This document shows, in pieces, positions 20,470-32,300 of a DNA stretch of 64,000 nucleotides. Position 1 is the stretch's first letter. Every line of letters starts with the position of its first letter. The notes beneath the pieces were generated by a model. It was not told where the DNA came from, did not search any database, and saw only the letters and a list, made by a program, of their open reading frames with translations. Origin of the DNA: a virus. The stretch lies in IMG/VR virus record IMGVR_UViG_3300009788_000009, positions 3,934-67,933 of that record; one strand, given 5' to 3'. A program made the translations under genes and the position numbers.

Positions 20470-21876
20470 TTACAGTCTCCTTTTACTAGTTATAGTATTC
20501 AAACCTATTTCGAATACCTTAAAAGCGGCTCCTTCTAAGTTACGAACTTCCGTCCTCCAGTACCTAGATACAAGACCTCTACCAACCTTCATCCTATTGT
20601 TACGGGGGGCAGTTGAGTCCCTTTCCTGTATAGGGTAATTATACACTGTTTTGGGTCCATCGTAAGTCTCAATTGCACTTTCGAGCATCCCACCTGTATG
20701 CGAGAGGTATAGATCAGATGCCCTTTTTCTAAGTGGGCTTCCAAAATCTTCAAAACCACCTTTAGCAAATGCGTTTATTTGCCTTCCATTATCTGTGTCT
20801 CCTATTAACTCGTATATACCAGCAGAAGATACAGCGAAAACTCTGCCATTATGTTCTGCAAGACTGTTAAAATCAAAATTAGTATACGGAGCTATAGAAT
20901 CTGTTTCAGGGTTCATAACCCAAGCAATAGCTCCAAAATCAGGAGACCATAGTATACTACCCATCTCTATAGTTGAGACTAATACAAGATTATAAACTGA
21001 ACCTTTAAAAGAAAGAACTTCATTAAACTGCATAGTAGAAGCTAGTTCTTCCTTGACCGTAGCTGACAATACCTGTACATCAGTCAGTGTAAGCGAGTCT
21101 GTAAGTAACTCTATTTGAGTACGTAGGTCTATTGTCGAAGATGAGAATAAACCTGTGCTGACAAGTAACTCGGCCAATCCTAATGCTTGACTATCTCTCA
21201 TGTTAAAACTACTAACCAATTCTGCATTACTATCAAGCGAACCAGTGAGTATATCATTTATATTAAAGTTAGATACTAAATTAGCTATGGTAGCAAGCTC
21301 TTGTGTATCTGACATATTAAACGCATCTACTAAAAGAGCAATTATAACTACACTCTGAGTATCGGTTATACTAAGAGTAGTTTTTAAATTGGTCGTTTGG
21401 TCAATAGAACCAAAACTATCTACTAGGTTAATTATAGAAGTAAGAAAAGCCGTAGTTGAAAGCTCCTGTGTATCACTCATATTAAACGAATCAGAAAGAG
21501 GAACCGGAGTCCATATTACTGATAGGAAGTCAGTTATAGAGAATGAGTTATCAATTAAACTTAGTTCTGTACCAAGAGTAATAGGAGTGTTAATCTGCAT
21601 AGTGGTTTGTAACTCAGTAGTTTGACCAATAGACCCAAAGGTATCAACCATATTAAAAGAAGTCTCTACTATTTGATCATATTTAACAGCAGCAAAACTG
21701 GTAGCTATTAAAACAATTTCTACAGTAGATCCTACTATTCTACGTCCGTTAACTCCAGCAGCATTTTCAGTTATAAGAATCGACTCTGTAGTACAAACAA
21801 CTTCTCTAGTTCTATTAATAACAGCATTGTTTTCTGTTAGTGTGGTAACTTCTGTTGTACCCGTAACTGTAACCAT
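20470..21876 (-). CDS. Repeat-containing virion/tail protein (468 aa)
   Basis: N-terminal copies of the 22-aa TTEV.TLTEN repeat, then L.DSFNMSDTQEL-type repeats and a globular C-terminal domain. Confidence 0.65.
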   Translation of the reverse strand: MVTVTGTTEVTTLTENNAVINRTREVVCTTESILITENAAGVNGRRIVGSTVEIVLIATSFAAVKYDQIVETSFNMVDTFGSIGQTTELQTTMQINTPITLGTELSLIDNSFSITDFLSVIWTPVPLSDSFNMSDTQELSTTAFLTSIINLVDSFGSIDQTTNLKTTLSITDTQSVVIIALLVDAFNMSDTQELATIANLVSNFNINDILTGSLDSNAELVSSFNMRDSQALGLAELLVSTGLFSSSTIDLRTQIELLTDSLTLTDVQVLSATVKEELASTMQFNEVLSFKGSVYNLVLVSTIEMGSILWSPDFGAIAWVMNPETDSIAPYTNFDFNSLAEHNGRVFAVSSAGIYELIGDTDNGRQINAFAKGGFEDFGSPLRKRASDLYLSHTGGMLESAIETYDGPKTVYNYPIQERDSTAPRNNRMKVGRGLVSRYWRTEVRNLEGAAFKVFEIGLNTITSKRRL

Positions 21877-21880
21877 AATA

Positions 21881-24800
21881 TTACTCCGAATTAACCCCTA
21901 CAAAAGTTGTTAGTTTAAGACGTTCATCATCACCACCTGTATCAGCTACTATAGGATGAACACCCTGAGATATAATATCAAAGAATCCTACGCCTTTAAT
22001 ATTAAAAGCATCTAGATTAGAATATAATATAGCAGGTTTACCTATCACTGCATGTTGTATAAAAATACCATGTACTGTCATATGATTACGCCAAAGCTCT
22101 ATATCACTATCATCTAATAAATCTAATGTATCATTTGTAGACCAATTATAATTAACTAAATTAGGAGGTACTATAAACGAAGCATCGTCTGTACCTTCTA
22201 TGTCCCTCTCTTCAAAGTTAATTTTGGGAAACGTATCACAAAGAAAGAAAGACCTAATTTTAATAAATGGGTTCCAATCATTATAATGATTAGTCTCTAA
22301 AACGTTCCAATGAGCTGCGTCTATTTCCACATCTTCACTAACTGTAACAGAAGGTTGACCAAAGATAGACCTACTAGGAGTAGGTAAAGTAATAGGTAAA
22401 GGAGTATCAGATAAAAAGTTAACCTTTTGACAATTTATAAATTCAATACTAGATACAGATGCACCTATATCATGCCATAACAACCCTGGACCACCAAAGC
22501 CTACACCAATACCAGGATGCGGAGAACTTTTAGATACTTGTGAAAACCCATCAGTCCATATATTAGATTCATTCCAACTACTAAATAACTTAGTACCATT
22601 AACATGTGTAAAGTGGTTAACTCTATCATGCCAATTTTCACATTGTCCTATGTCACCAGTAAATACATCATGGGGGTGATTATACTGAGGGTCAATATTA
22701 TTAGACCACGTTAATATACTTGTAGGACGACCCCCTGGAGATTGTTCTTGAGTTCTTATAAAAAGTTGAGGCCATTCCATTGGTAGATGCCCCCAATAAC
22801 TATTTTGTGGATCAATAACACCATCTATATCATCAGGAGGGAACATAAAAAAGTTAGAGGGGTTACTATGCTTTAATGCACGATAAGGCATAGGACTTGG
22901 ATCATATACAAAACCAGGGAAGATTAAATGAGCACTTTCATTTAGAGCTATTTCTTCACGAACTGCATTAGCTTTATCACCAGATATCCAAAAACTAGTT
23001 TTCCATGTACCCCAACCTGTATCAATTTTATTATTAGAATAATAAGATACAAGACCGTCTTTAGTAGGTGATCTTATACCACCATTACCAGAAGCACTAG
23101 CAATAGGTCCGAATCGTCTAGGCATGTATTCCTCTTCAAAATACATATATGCTGATCTATTATGGGGAGGTATAGTAAACCTAGTATTAAGTTCTGGAAA
23201 ATCTACACACCAAAAAGATGATACTTGAAATTCAATGTAAAATAATTGATACAAAGAAAATACATGATTACCAGCAACAGGATTAGGAGCGTGAGTATAT
23301 GGAACATCAATAAGAAGTTGAGAAGCACCAAAACCAGCTATACCACTACCATTACTAAAAGTAGTATTGGGTGCACTAATTTCAAGGCTATTTATAGAGT
23401 TCCACCTAAGCTCTTTAAAAGTCCTAGTAAATCTATTTCTATCATAGTCGGTTTGAGAAGTAGCTCTAACATGTGCGTAATGAATTATAGGTAATTCATT
23501 TGGATTCCAATGTCGTTTACCAATACTAGTTGATCCAGTTTTAGGTATTTGTATGCCTATATTAAAACTAGCATATTGAGGATCAAAATCTGCTCTAGGT
23601 TGAGAGTTAGTATAATACGTATCTTCTAAATCATTAAATTTCTTAGTATAAAACTTTATCTCTTCCCAAGCACCGTTGATATAACCTACCCACACGACAC
23701 ACTCAGTTTCATCGGGAACATCATCTACGATTTCAAGCCATTTAGCAATAGTAGTTGATATACCCAAAGAAGTAAAACTATCGGTCTCCTGTTGATAGAT
23801 ATTCAGAAGTAAGTCTAAAGCAACTCCACGACCGAAGAAACCTGAACCTGGAGATATATAACTTAATACAGGAGGTGCTAAGTTTAATTGAGGTTGGTCT
23901 ATTTCTTGCTTAAACCCACTAACAACTAAAGTAGGACCTTGTAATAAGTTAATAGAAGCAGAACCAACAGTGTTAACTATATTAATTGTTAACTGAAAAT
24001 AACCTATGTCTTTAAAATTAACATCGTCGTTATGAAATTTGAAAGCTGTAAGTCTACCTTCTGTACCATCTTCATTCATAGCCCAACAGTAAGTTTCACC
24101 TAGTTCTAACCAGTCATCTGTGAGGGCTATACCATATGCTTGCGGAGTCATTAATTCAATAATAGTACCATCAATTATACCATCGAGAATTCCTTGCCTA
24201 GAAGAAGGGAAGGATTCTCCACTAGGTAATCCACCTAGTTCTCTAATAACTTCTGATACAGGCCAATCTTTTTCAGGAGAAGATTCAAATTGAGCTTCGT
24301 TTAGATAACGTAATGGCATAGCTACAACGCCATTAATTAAACTAGTTTCTACTAACCATAGTTTATCATTACTTGCTTTAGTTATATGATGTGAACGAGT
24401 AAATCTATTGTCATATAAAACTTGAAAACCATTAACTTCAACCGATGTAAGGTAGGCTCCATCACGTAGATCTTTAACAAAACTTCCATATTGAATATTA
24501 GAAGTGAGATTAAAGTTACCATATCCTAATATAGTTGAAACTGCTTTAGCCATTAATCCAGTATAAGCACAAGGTCTAACTGAGTTATATTGAGACACCT
24601 TTGCATTAACAGGGGGGAACCCAAGATGATTAGCATACCAATCTAATCTTTGAGGGGGAGTTTCAACGGATTTTTCAATTACTAATCTTGATACATTCTG
24701 ATAGTCTAGATCAGGATCAAAGTCATTAGGATTAGTTTTCCTACACCATACAGTTGGGTTAAACTCAAATAGATGTGGAAATGTGGGATTGCCTTCTCCA

Positions 24801-25135
24801 TCTAGTATTTCAGGTATCCACCCTTCATATACAAATCCACTATATATAGAACGGGATATACTAACTTTAGCTTCTTCTTTAATTACTTCCTTACGTGTAA
24901 CTTTAGTAGGGACATGAGGGGAAGCAAAGATATTAACTATCTCTATACCTCCCCTCACAAGCTTAATAATTATATAACTATCTTCGTCCATTTTAATGAT
25001 ACGTTGATAATCATCAACGCCCATACGTTTAGCAAGAACTTTAGTTCTGTCTAATTCCGCATGGGCGCGTCTAAGCATACCCTCGGCACGTTCCTTATCA
25101 CCTTCCAAGCGTATATAAGGACGACCCTTTCTCAT
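21881..25135 (-). CDS. Large virion/tail protein (1084 aa)
   Basis: Long ORF in virion operon; aromatic-rich, beta-type C-terminal two thirds. Confidence 0.65.
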   Translation of the reverse strand: MRKGRPYIRLEGDKERAEGMLRRAHAELDRTKVLAKRMGVDDYQRIIKMDEDSYIIIKLVRGGIEIVNIFASPHVPTKVTRKEVIKEEAKVSISRSIYSGFVYEGWIPEILDGEGNPTFPHLFEFNPTVWCRKTNPNDFDPDLDYQNVSRLVIEKSVETPPQRLDWYANHLGFPPVNAKVSQYNSVRPCAYTGLMAKAVSTILGYGNFNLTSNIQYGSFVKDLRDGAYLTSVEVNGFQVLYDNRFTRSHHITKASNDKLWLVETSLINGVVAMPLRYLNEAQFESSPEKDWPVSEVIRELGGLPSGESFPSSRQGILDGIIDGTIIELMTPQAYGIALTDDWLELGETYCWAMNEDGTEGRLTAFKFHNDDVNFKDIGYFQLTINIVNTVGSASINLLQGPTLVVSGFKQEIDQPQLNLAPPVLSYISPGSGFFGRGVALDLLLNIYQQETDSFTSLGISTTIAKWLEIVDDVPDETECVVWVGYINGAWEEIKFYTKKFNDLEDTYYTNSQPRADFDPQYASFNIGIQIPKTGSTSIGKRHWNPNELPIIHYAHVRATSQTDYDRNRFTRTFKELRWNSINSLEISAPNTTFSNGSGIAGFGASQLLIDVPYTHAPNPVAGNHVFSLYQLFYIEFQVSSFWCVDFPELNTRFTIPPHNRSAYMYFEEEYMPRRFGPIASASGNGGIRSPTKDGLVSYYSNNKIDTGWGTWKTSFWISGDKANAVREEIALNESAHLIFPGFVYDPSPMPYRALKHSNPSNFFMFPPDDIDGVIDPQNSYWGHLPMEWPQLFIRTQEQSPGGRPTSILTWSNNIDPQYNHPHDVFTGDIGQCENWHDRVNHFTHVNGTKLFSSWNESNIWTDGFSQVSKSSPHPGIGVGFGGPGLLWHDIGASVSSIEFINCQKVNFLSDTPLPITLPTPSRSIFGQPSVTVSEDVEIDAAHWNVLETNHYNDWNPFIKIRSFFLCDTFPKINFEERDIEGTDDASFIVPPNLVNYNWSTNDTLDLLDDSDIELWRNHMTVHGIFIQHAVIGKPAILYSNLDAFNIKGVGFFDIISQGVHPIVADTGGDDERLKLTTFVGVNSE

Positions 25136-25737
25136 TACACTGCATCAACATCAATCTTATACTTAACATTAAATGTGTCCGTATCAGAGAGATTTCTTTG
25201 AGCAGGGAACCGACCCGCCGATAAAAGAGAGCCTGTAACAGCACCCTTAGTATTAACAGAGAGTAAAGCAGCTCCATTAACAGCAAGAGAAGAAGCTGTT
25301 ACAATTGTAAACGCAGCAGGAACCGCGCCATTGATAATCTCGGTGTTAACCGTATCAATAGCATCAGGAGTCCATGTAACGCGAGTAGCTTCTGAATACC
25401 CTTCCGAACCACTAGTAATTTCACCAGCAGTAGCAGTAAAAAGAGCAGCAGTAACAGAAGCAGTTGGAGTATAAGCATTAGCATACAAAGCCATAAACCA
25501 AGCTGCAATTTGCGTTCCATTAGCAGCTACAACATCGAGAACATGATTCAACCCTTCATCAGGGATGATATTATGACTCTCTACCCACTCATCATCATTG
25601 AGTGAGGTAGCGTATATACCTTGCATATGGGCGTTCATTGAAGGGAAGAGAATACCAGACTCGGTACGCTCATATTTATGATTAGCAACATTCCGGCGAA
25701 ATTCGCGGGAGTGCTTAATCAGATCTTTATTAAACAT
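25135..25737 (-). CDS. Small beta-sandwich tail/fibre structural protein (200 aa)
   Basis: GLNHVLD...ALYANAYTPTA...GY...R.TW...GSLLSAGRF pattern typical of small phage tail proteins. Confidence 0.65.
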   Translation of the reverse strand: MFNKDLIKHSREFRRNVANHKYERTESGILFPSMNAHMQGIYATSLNDDEWVESHNIIPDEGLNHVLDVVAANGTQIAAWFMALYANAYTPTASVTAALFTATAGEITSGSEGYSEATRVTWTPDAIDTVNTEIINGAVPAAFTIVTASSLAVNGAALLSVNTKGAVTGSLLSAGRFPAQRNLSDTDTFNVKYKIDVDAV

Positions 25738-25748
25738 AACTAAGTCTC

Positions 25749-26990
25749 CTACATAATAGACGAATCAATGGCAATGTTTGTACCACTAGATTCGTTGGAT
25801 TGTACCGGAGTTACTAACTGTCTTTTACCTTCGTAAGTAAAAGCAGTTGAACACCCCTGCACGTAATTAGGTAATTTCACTTGATCTTTGTGCAGTGAAA
25901 CTACCTCACCTGTTGGTAAGCCAACTTGATAACCTAAACGACTTAACCAAACGACTACACGATCATATATATTAAAATCCTCACTCATAAAGTGCCCTGG
26001 TATGACCGCGCTTGTTCCAAAGATAGCACGTTCTGGCGAAGAGTCTACTATAACAAATTCAGCAGGTTCTTTGCCTTGATAAAAACGTACTCCTGTATTA
26101 TCTGATACATATATACCTGCTTCAATAGATTCCATCATATATGGATAACCAATAATAGGTATAAAGTGAGTTGCGGGATTATAAAGATGTGGTCTAAACG
26201 CACTTGAGTAACTAATATGATTTTTATCGGCTACATATAGTCTTGCGCCATGACTACGAATAGTTAATCCATAAGGCAGAGGTTTAAGATGTAGGGTTTC
26301 TGCCTGTCTTTCTTGTCGATGATCATCTATAATATAAGTAGCTACATTAGCAGTAAATTCATCAGCCTGATATAACTCTTCTCCATCAGCAGTAGTCATA
26401 TAAATGCGCCATTTGTGATCAGATACTATAGCAAACATACTACCAATTATACCACCACCATTAGGAAGCTCTACTGTCTGTATAGGTCCAGTACCAGACT
26501 CTTCCCCAAATTCATCAACAATAGTATAAGTTATACCATAAGTACCTGGGTGTAGAGTACCATTACTTGAAGCCGCAAAGGACGGACTTATAGAAGGTAA
26601 AGAAAGGCCAATATCTCTTACAACGGCTTCATTAGTTCTAAACATACCAGATGATCCACGGTTAACAAAGTATAAATTATCATTATACTCTGTAAAAGAT
26701 GTTAAAGAACTATCATTCATAGATACTATTGGTGTTAGAGAAAAAGTTTCAGGGTCCAGTATATTTATAACATTTTTCTGGCAAATAAGCAACCATCCAC
26801 GCTTTGAACTATAGGAACTATGGTATCCTGAACCTGGTACACGTAGAGTATAACCTGGCCTCCTCTCAAAGTTACCATCTCTATCAATAAGGATATTCTG
26901 TGCATCTCTAACAGTACCTTCTATTAAAGAGGTTTCATCAGATAACTGATCTATACCTTTAATAGGCTTTTGAAATTGTATAACTGTCAT
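25749..26990 (-). CDS. Tail structural protein (nozzle/stabiliser-like)
   Basis: N-terminal GID...RDAQNILIDRDG.FERRPGY motif typical of podovirus tail-tube/stabilisation proteins. Confidence 0.6.
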   Translation of the reverse strand: MTVIQFQKPIKGIDQLSDETSLIEGTVRDAQNILIDRDGNFERRPGYTLRVPGSGYHSSYSSKRGWLLICQKNVINILDPETFSLTPIVSMNDSSLTSFTEYNDNLYFVNRGSSGMFRTNEAVVRDIGLSLPSISPSFAASSNGTLHPGTYGITYTIVDEFGEESGTGPIQTVELPNGGGIIGSMFAIVSDHKWRIYMTTADGEELYQADEFTANVATYIIDDHRQERQAETLHLKPLPYGLTIRSHGARLYVADKNHISYSSAFRPHLYNPATHFIPIIGYPYMMESIEAGIYVSDNTGVRFYQGKEPAEFVIVDSSPERAIFGTSAVIPGHFMSEDFNIYDRVVVWLSRLGYQVGLPTGEVVSLHKDQVKLPNYVQGCSTAFTYEGKRQLVTPVQSNESSGTNIAIDSSIM

Positions 26991-27087
26991 ATCATTCTCC
27001 TAAATAAGTGCCGAGACTGCCTGGAAGGAGCCACCAACAGGCAGCCTCGACGTGCCGGGAATTAGCCCCTTCCCGACCTGGGGTATC

Positions 27088-29334
27088 TTAACTATGTTGA
27101 TCGCCAGATATAAACCTTCTCCAATAAGTAATTTTAACACCTACTAGACCTGCATCTGCGGGATACGTATCAGCACCATCTGTTGCTTGTCTATTAAATT
27201 GCATTATTCCTAAACCATCAATTGTATCATATCCTGAGAATCCACTACCTGAAGTTTTAGCTGTTAAGTGTAGTTTATCAGTAGCCGCTAGTGCTGCATC
27301 GGTAATATCAAAATTAGCAGATACAGAAGACATAATATCACCATCTTCTACTCCCCTATCTCTAGAAGACCAGACTACATTCCCCGAACTTGCATCAGCA
27401 GCTATCCAATAGAACTGTAGTTCTAAGAAATCATAGAACCAAAAATCATAATTTAGGGGCATATTAGTTACCCAATATATTTTTTCTTCTGTATCTTTAT
27501 CAAACCATGATACGGGTAAAACTACTTTTTCACTACCCCCACCAAATTCTACAATAGATATTGCAGATGAAGGACTTGTAACAGGGAGATACATATCTGT
27601 TACAGGTACAAAAAGAGAGTGTTCTCCAGACCCGTTATATGGATCACCATCCATAGGGAACCAGTTAGTCCATACATCATAATCATCAAGAGGATCATTA
27701 CCAGTAGTAGCAAAGTGATCTTGTACACAAACAAATAAACCACTATACTTTCGTCCTAGCCTTCCAGAAGATTCTTGTTCGAAGGTAAATGAAACAACAT
27801 CACCTACTACGTATTTGTCTTGATCACCTGTACCAGCAGAAGTCCATGCCCCACGCCATTGTAAATTACCAGAAAAAGGTACAAAGTCTGAATCCCAATT
27901 AGTACCTGTACGTGGATAGTTAGTACCAGTATTGTGTAGGTTATTAGATGGAGCAAATGCTCTATATAAACCTCCATCACTACCTGTTATAAACTGATCT
28001 ACTTCAATATCTACTGTAGTAGGTGAAGTAGGTACTGCTACCCATCCCCCACCACCACCAGCTTCATCTTGCCAACTAACATCAAAGTCAGTTGCACTAA
28101 GTTTCTTTAAAACTTGATCTAAAGTACCACCAGCGGGGACACCAGCAGCACCTTGTATACCCTGTATACCCTGTATACCTTGAATACCCTGTATACCTTG
28201 TTCAGCTAATACATCCCAAAAACTAGTCCATGCAACACCTATTTTAGGTTCGTCATTTACAGTAGAGGTATGTGCTAATCTTACTATAAAAGAATCACCA
28301 TTATGTTCTAAGGCATCATTAAGTGCATATACCGTAGCTACTTGCCAAGGTGCTGATATCCAATTTATATCTAATCCATCTGCACCAGTGTTACCAATAG
28401 GCCCTTGTATACCTTGAATACCCTGATCACCCTGTATACCTTGAATACCCTGATCACCATCTAAACCTGTAGCACCTGGGACACCTTGAATACCTTGTAT
28501 TCCCTGATCTCCTGTTAACCCTATTACTCCTTGTATACCTTGTATACCTTGAAGACCAATATCCCCTTGTATACCTTGAGCACCATCAAGACCATCAGTA
28601 CCAGTGAGACCAGTTAAACCTATCGGACCTTGTATACCTTGTGCGCCAGTGTCACCAGTTAGACCAGTATCACCTTGAATACCCTGGATACCCTGAATAC
28701 CTTGATCACCAGTTAGACCAGTATCGCCAGTTAGACCTATGTTACCTTGTATACCTTGAAGACCTGTATCTCCTTGCAATCCCTGTGGACCTGGTATTCC
28801 CTGAATACCTTGATCACCTTGGATACCTGTTGCTCCATCAGCACCAGCAGGGCCAGTTAATCCTGTATTCCCGGTATCACCTTTAAGACCTTGTATACCA
28901 TCAGCCCCCGCTACACCTTGAACACCTTGAATACCTTGGATACCTTGATCACCTGTAAGTCCAATAGGTCCAATAGTTCCTTGTATACCTTGTATACCTT
29001 GATCACCTTGTATACCAGTTAATCCAATACTACCTTGTATACCTTGTATACCTTGATCACCTTTGGGACCAACGGCAGTAGGAGCAACAGCATCAGTAAG
29101 CACAACAATACGATCTTCAACAGAACGTACTAGCCCCCATCCCCTAAGACCCATAGTTCCAACTACTGAAACATCGAGAGCTACAAGCCCCTGTGTCTCT
29201 GAAATATAGATACCTTGTATTTCATCATTCTTAATAACTATAAATTCATTGCCTTTTACAGACAATACCTGTTCCTCCCTTTGTTTAACAAGGGTGCTGA
29301 ACTCAGCTTTATCTTTTACTATTCGTCCCGCCAT
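27088..29334 (-). CDS. Collagen-like fibre with carbohydrate-binding-like modules
   Basis: Roughly 75 Gly-X-Y triplets (mostly GIQ); W..ATVYALNDALEHNG and W...YVVGDVV motifs resemble CBM5/12 modules. Confidence 0.85.
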   Translation of the reverse strand: MAGRIVKDKAEFSTLVKQREEQVLSVKGNEFIVIKNDEIQGIYISETQGLVALDVSVVGTMGLRGWGLVRSVEDRIVVLTDAVAPTAVGPKGDQGIQGIQGSIGLTGIQGDQGIQGIQGTIGPIGLTGDQGIQGIQGVQGVAGADGIQGLKGDTGNTGLTGPAGADGATGIQGDQGIQGIPGPQGLQGDTGLQGIQGNIGLTGDTGLTGDQGIQGIQGIQGDTGLTGDTGAQGIQGPIGLTGLTGTDGLDGAQGIQGDIGLQGIQGIQGVIGLTGDQGIQGIQGVPGATGLDGDQGIQGIQGDQGIQGIQGPIGNTGADGLDINWISAPWQVATVYALNDALEHNGDSFIVRLAHTSTVNDEPKIGVAWTSFWDVLAEQGIQGIQGIQGIQGIQGAAGVPAGGTLDQVLKKLSATDFDVSWQDEAGGGGGWVAVPTSPTTVDIEVDQFITGSDGGLYRAFAPSNNLHNTGTNYPRTGTNWDSDFVPFSGNLQWRGAWTSAGTGDQDKYVVGDVVSFTFEQESSGRLGRKYSGLFVCVQDHFATTGNDPLDDYDVWTNWFPMDGDPYNGSGEHSLFVPVTDMYLPVTSPSSAISIVEFGGGSEKVVLPVSWFDKDTEEKIYWVTNMPLNYDFWFYDFLELQFYWIAADASSGNVVWSSRDRGVEDGDIMSSVSANFDITDAALAATDKLHLTAKTSGSGFSGYDTIDGLGIMQFNRQATDGADTYPADAGLVGVKITYWRRFISGDQHS

Positions 29335-32300
29335 AATATTATATATTCATCGTTAGGTCTTAAATAAGTTAAAGAGAAACCTAGTACTGGTTTACCAACA
29401 ATACCAAACTTTACAGAAGCATTTTGCGTAGTTAAAACTATCTCTTTAAATGGAGCTATCATTGTTCTATTTGCCTTAATAGAAGCAGTAACTTCTATTA
29501 AAGAGATAACTTCTGTTATACTCGCAACTACTCTATCTATCTTAATAGTAGCAGCATTTTCAGTAATAGTTATTACTTCTGTTATACCTGTTACATTTAG
29601 TCCTTGGTTAAGAGTAACATTTGCTACATTTTCAGTTAGTACTATTACTTCAGTTGTACATTGGATACTTCTGGTTCTATTAATGTTTGCGACTGTTTCG
29701 ACGACTGTGACAACTTCGGTTGTACCTGACACCCCACGGCTAGTAAGAACTGATCCATTTGTTTCTGCGAGATTGATAATCTCTGTACTGGTAAGTATAT
29801 TTCTCGATCTGTTGATTGAGGCATTGTTTTCTCCAATAGTTATAACTTCTGTAGTACTAACTACATTTCTCGGTATACCAACTGAAGCTACATTCTCAGT
29901 AAGAGTTATTATTTCAGTAGTACCTGTTACTACTCTATTAAAATTAACGTCTGCTATATTTTCTGTAAGAGTAATTACTTCGGTAGAAGCTTGGACATTC
30001 CTAGTCCTATTAATAGCAGATGCATTTTCAATTATGGCAGTAATTTCTACTGTAGAAGTTACGATACGAGTTTCATTTACACCCGCTGGTATCTCAGTTA
30101 AAACAATAGATTCTGTTAAAGCTTGTACACTTAGAGTACGGTTTAAAGAAGCATTATTTTCAACAAGTATTATTACTTCAGTTAAACAGTTAACTCCACG
30201 TTGGCGATTAACAGTAGAATTAGTTTCAGTTAAAGTAATAACTTCCGTAGTACAAATAACTTCTCTAGTTCTATTAACTATAGAAGCATTTTCTATAAGA
30301 GTTACTACTTCTGTAGTTCCTGTTACTATTAAATTAGTACCTAATTCAACAACTGCTACATTCTCAGTTAAAGTAATTACCTCAGTAGCACAGTTAACTC
30401 CACGTTGTTTATTAATAACGGATGCAGTTTCAGTAACCGCAATTATCTCGGTATCTGTTGAAACACTTAGTGCTGCATTAACTGTCGCTGCATTTTCAGC
30501 TAAAGTTATTACTTCAGTAGTACATATAACTCCACGAGTACGATTTAAAGCAGCATTATTTTCAGTTAATACTACTACTTCTGTAGAACCTATTACTACT
30601 TTGCCAAATTGAACTATGGAAGTATTTTCAGTAAGAGTAATTACTTCAGTAGTGCAATTAACATTCCTAGTACGATTTAAAGAGGCTACATTTTCTACAA
30701 TGGCTGTAATTTCTACAGTAGAAGTAACAATACGTGTTTCATTAATACCAGCAGGAATAGTGCTAATAGTAATTACTTCTGTAATACCTGTTACAAGGCG
30801 ATCTCTTATAACAGTAGAAAGATTTTCAGTAATAGTTACTACTTCGGTAGATCCAGTTACTATCCTGGGGAATACTATAGTAGCAAGAGTTTCAGTAAGA
30901 GTTACTACTTCCGTAGTACAGGATACTTTCCTGGTACTATTAACCGTGGCAGTAGATTCAATGAGAGTTATTATTTCTGTAACGGCGATTACTGAGCGCG
31001 TTCTATTGATAGAAGCATTGGATTCAGTAACCGTAAGAGCTTCTGTAGCACTTAAAGCAATACGTTCAGTATTAGTTATAGCAGGTGTTTCAGCTAAAGT
31101 AATTACTTCAGTATTACCAAGTACATTACGAGTACGATTAACAACACTAGGTACTTCGGCAACCGTAACTACCTCAGTTGTACAAGTAACTCCACGAGTG
31201 CGCTTAACCGTAGCTGAATTTGTCGTAATTGTTATTGCTTCTATAGTACCTGTAACATTACGATTAATTTCAGCATGAGTATGCCAACCATCCCAACTAT
31301 GATTTGTATCATCATCCCAAGTAAAGTTTTCACTATCCCATGACCACATAGTTCCAGTCATAGGAGCCTGGTTTTCTGTAATCTCTATTACTTCAATAGA
31401 ACAAGTAAAGCTACGATTACGAGTTATAGTAGCCTGATTTTCTGTAAGGGTTACAACCTCTGTTGAACCATCAACATGTCTGGCAGGTTGTTTATCAACC
31501 GTAGAAGTTGTTTCAGTAAGTGTTATTACTTCTGTAGTACAATTAACACCACGTTGGCGGTTAATTACTGAATCAGTAGTTTCAGTAATTAATATAGATT
31601 CAGGAGAACCAGTAGAAACTCTATCCCTAGTAACTGTACCTATAGGTTCATTAATAGTAACTGCTTCGGTAGTACCTGTTACATCTCTTGGAATTGGGAC
31701 TTCTTTAATCTCTAAAATGAAGCCCGAAGCACCATCATTAGCACTAACCGATATAACAGGTGCACCTAATGAACCTACTGTAGCTTTACCTTGTGTACCA
31801 AAAACACCAGATACATCATTAATACCAGTACCACTTGTATCTTCGCCTGCTTCTGACCAAGATCCACCAGGAGCACCAAATGGAGCACCGTCACCACCAT
31901 CAAAGGCTAATCCATAAAGGGCTAAAGAGTTAGATAATGTAGTAGCTACATTAGGTAATGTATGTGAATTACCATTACCGCTATCATAAGTAAAATCAGA
32001 AGCACCGAAAGGATTATCTGTATTAGCTCCACTGATACGTACATACCAACCGAGCATTTCATCTAAACTGGCAGCATCAATCTGTATATTACCTTCACCG
32101 CCAACTGCCTTCTTCCAAAATACACCTATATGGGCATCTGAATTACCACCACCAACTTCGTCGTGTTTTGCCCATCCAGAAGCAGCAGTAGAGAACTCAG
32201 CACCAGTAGCGTTATCATCACTACATACAATAATTAAAAGGAGATCATCGGCTACTATACCAGTAGGAGCCGTAAGTGTAAGATTACTTACAGCATTACC

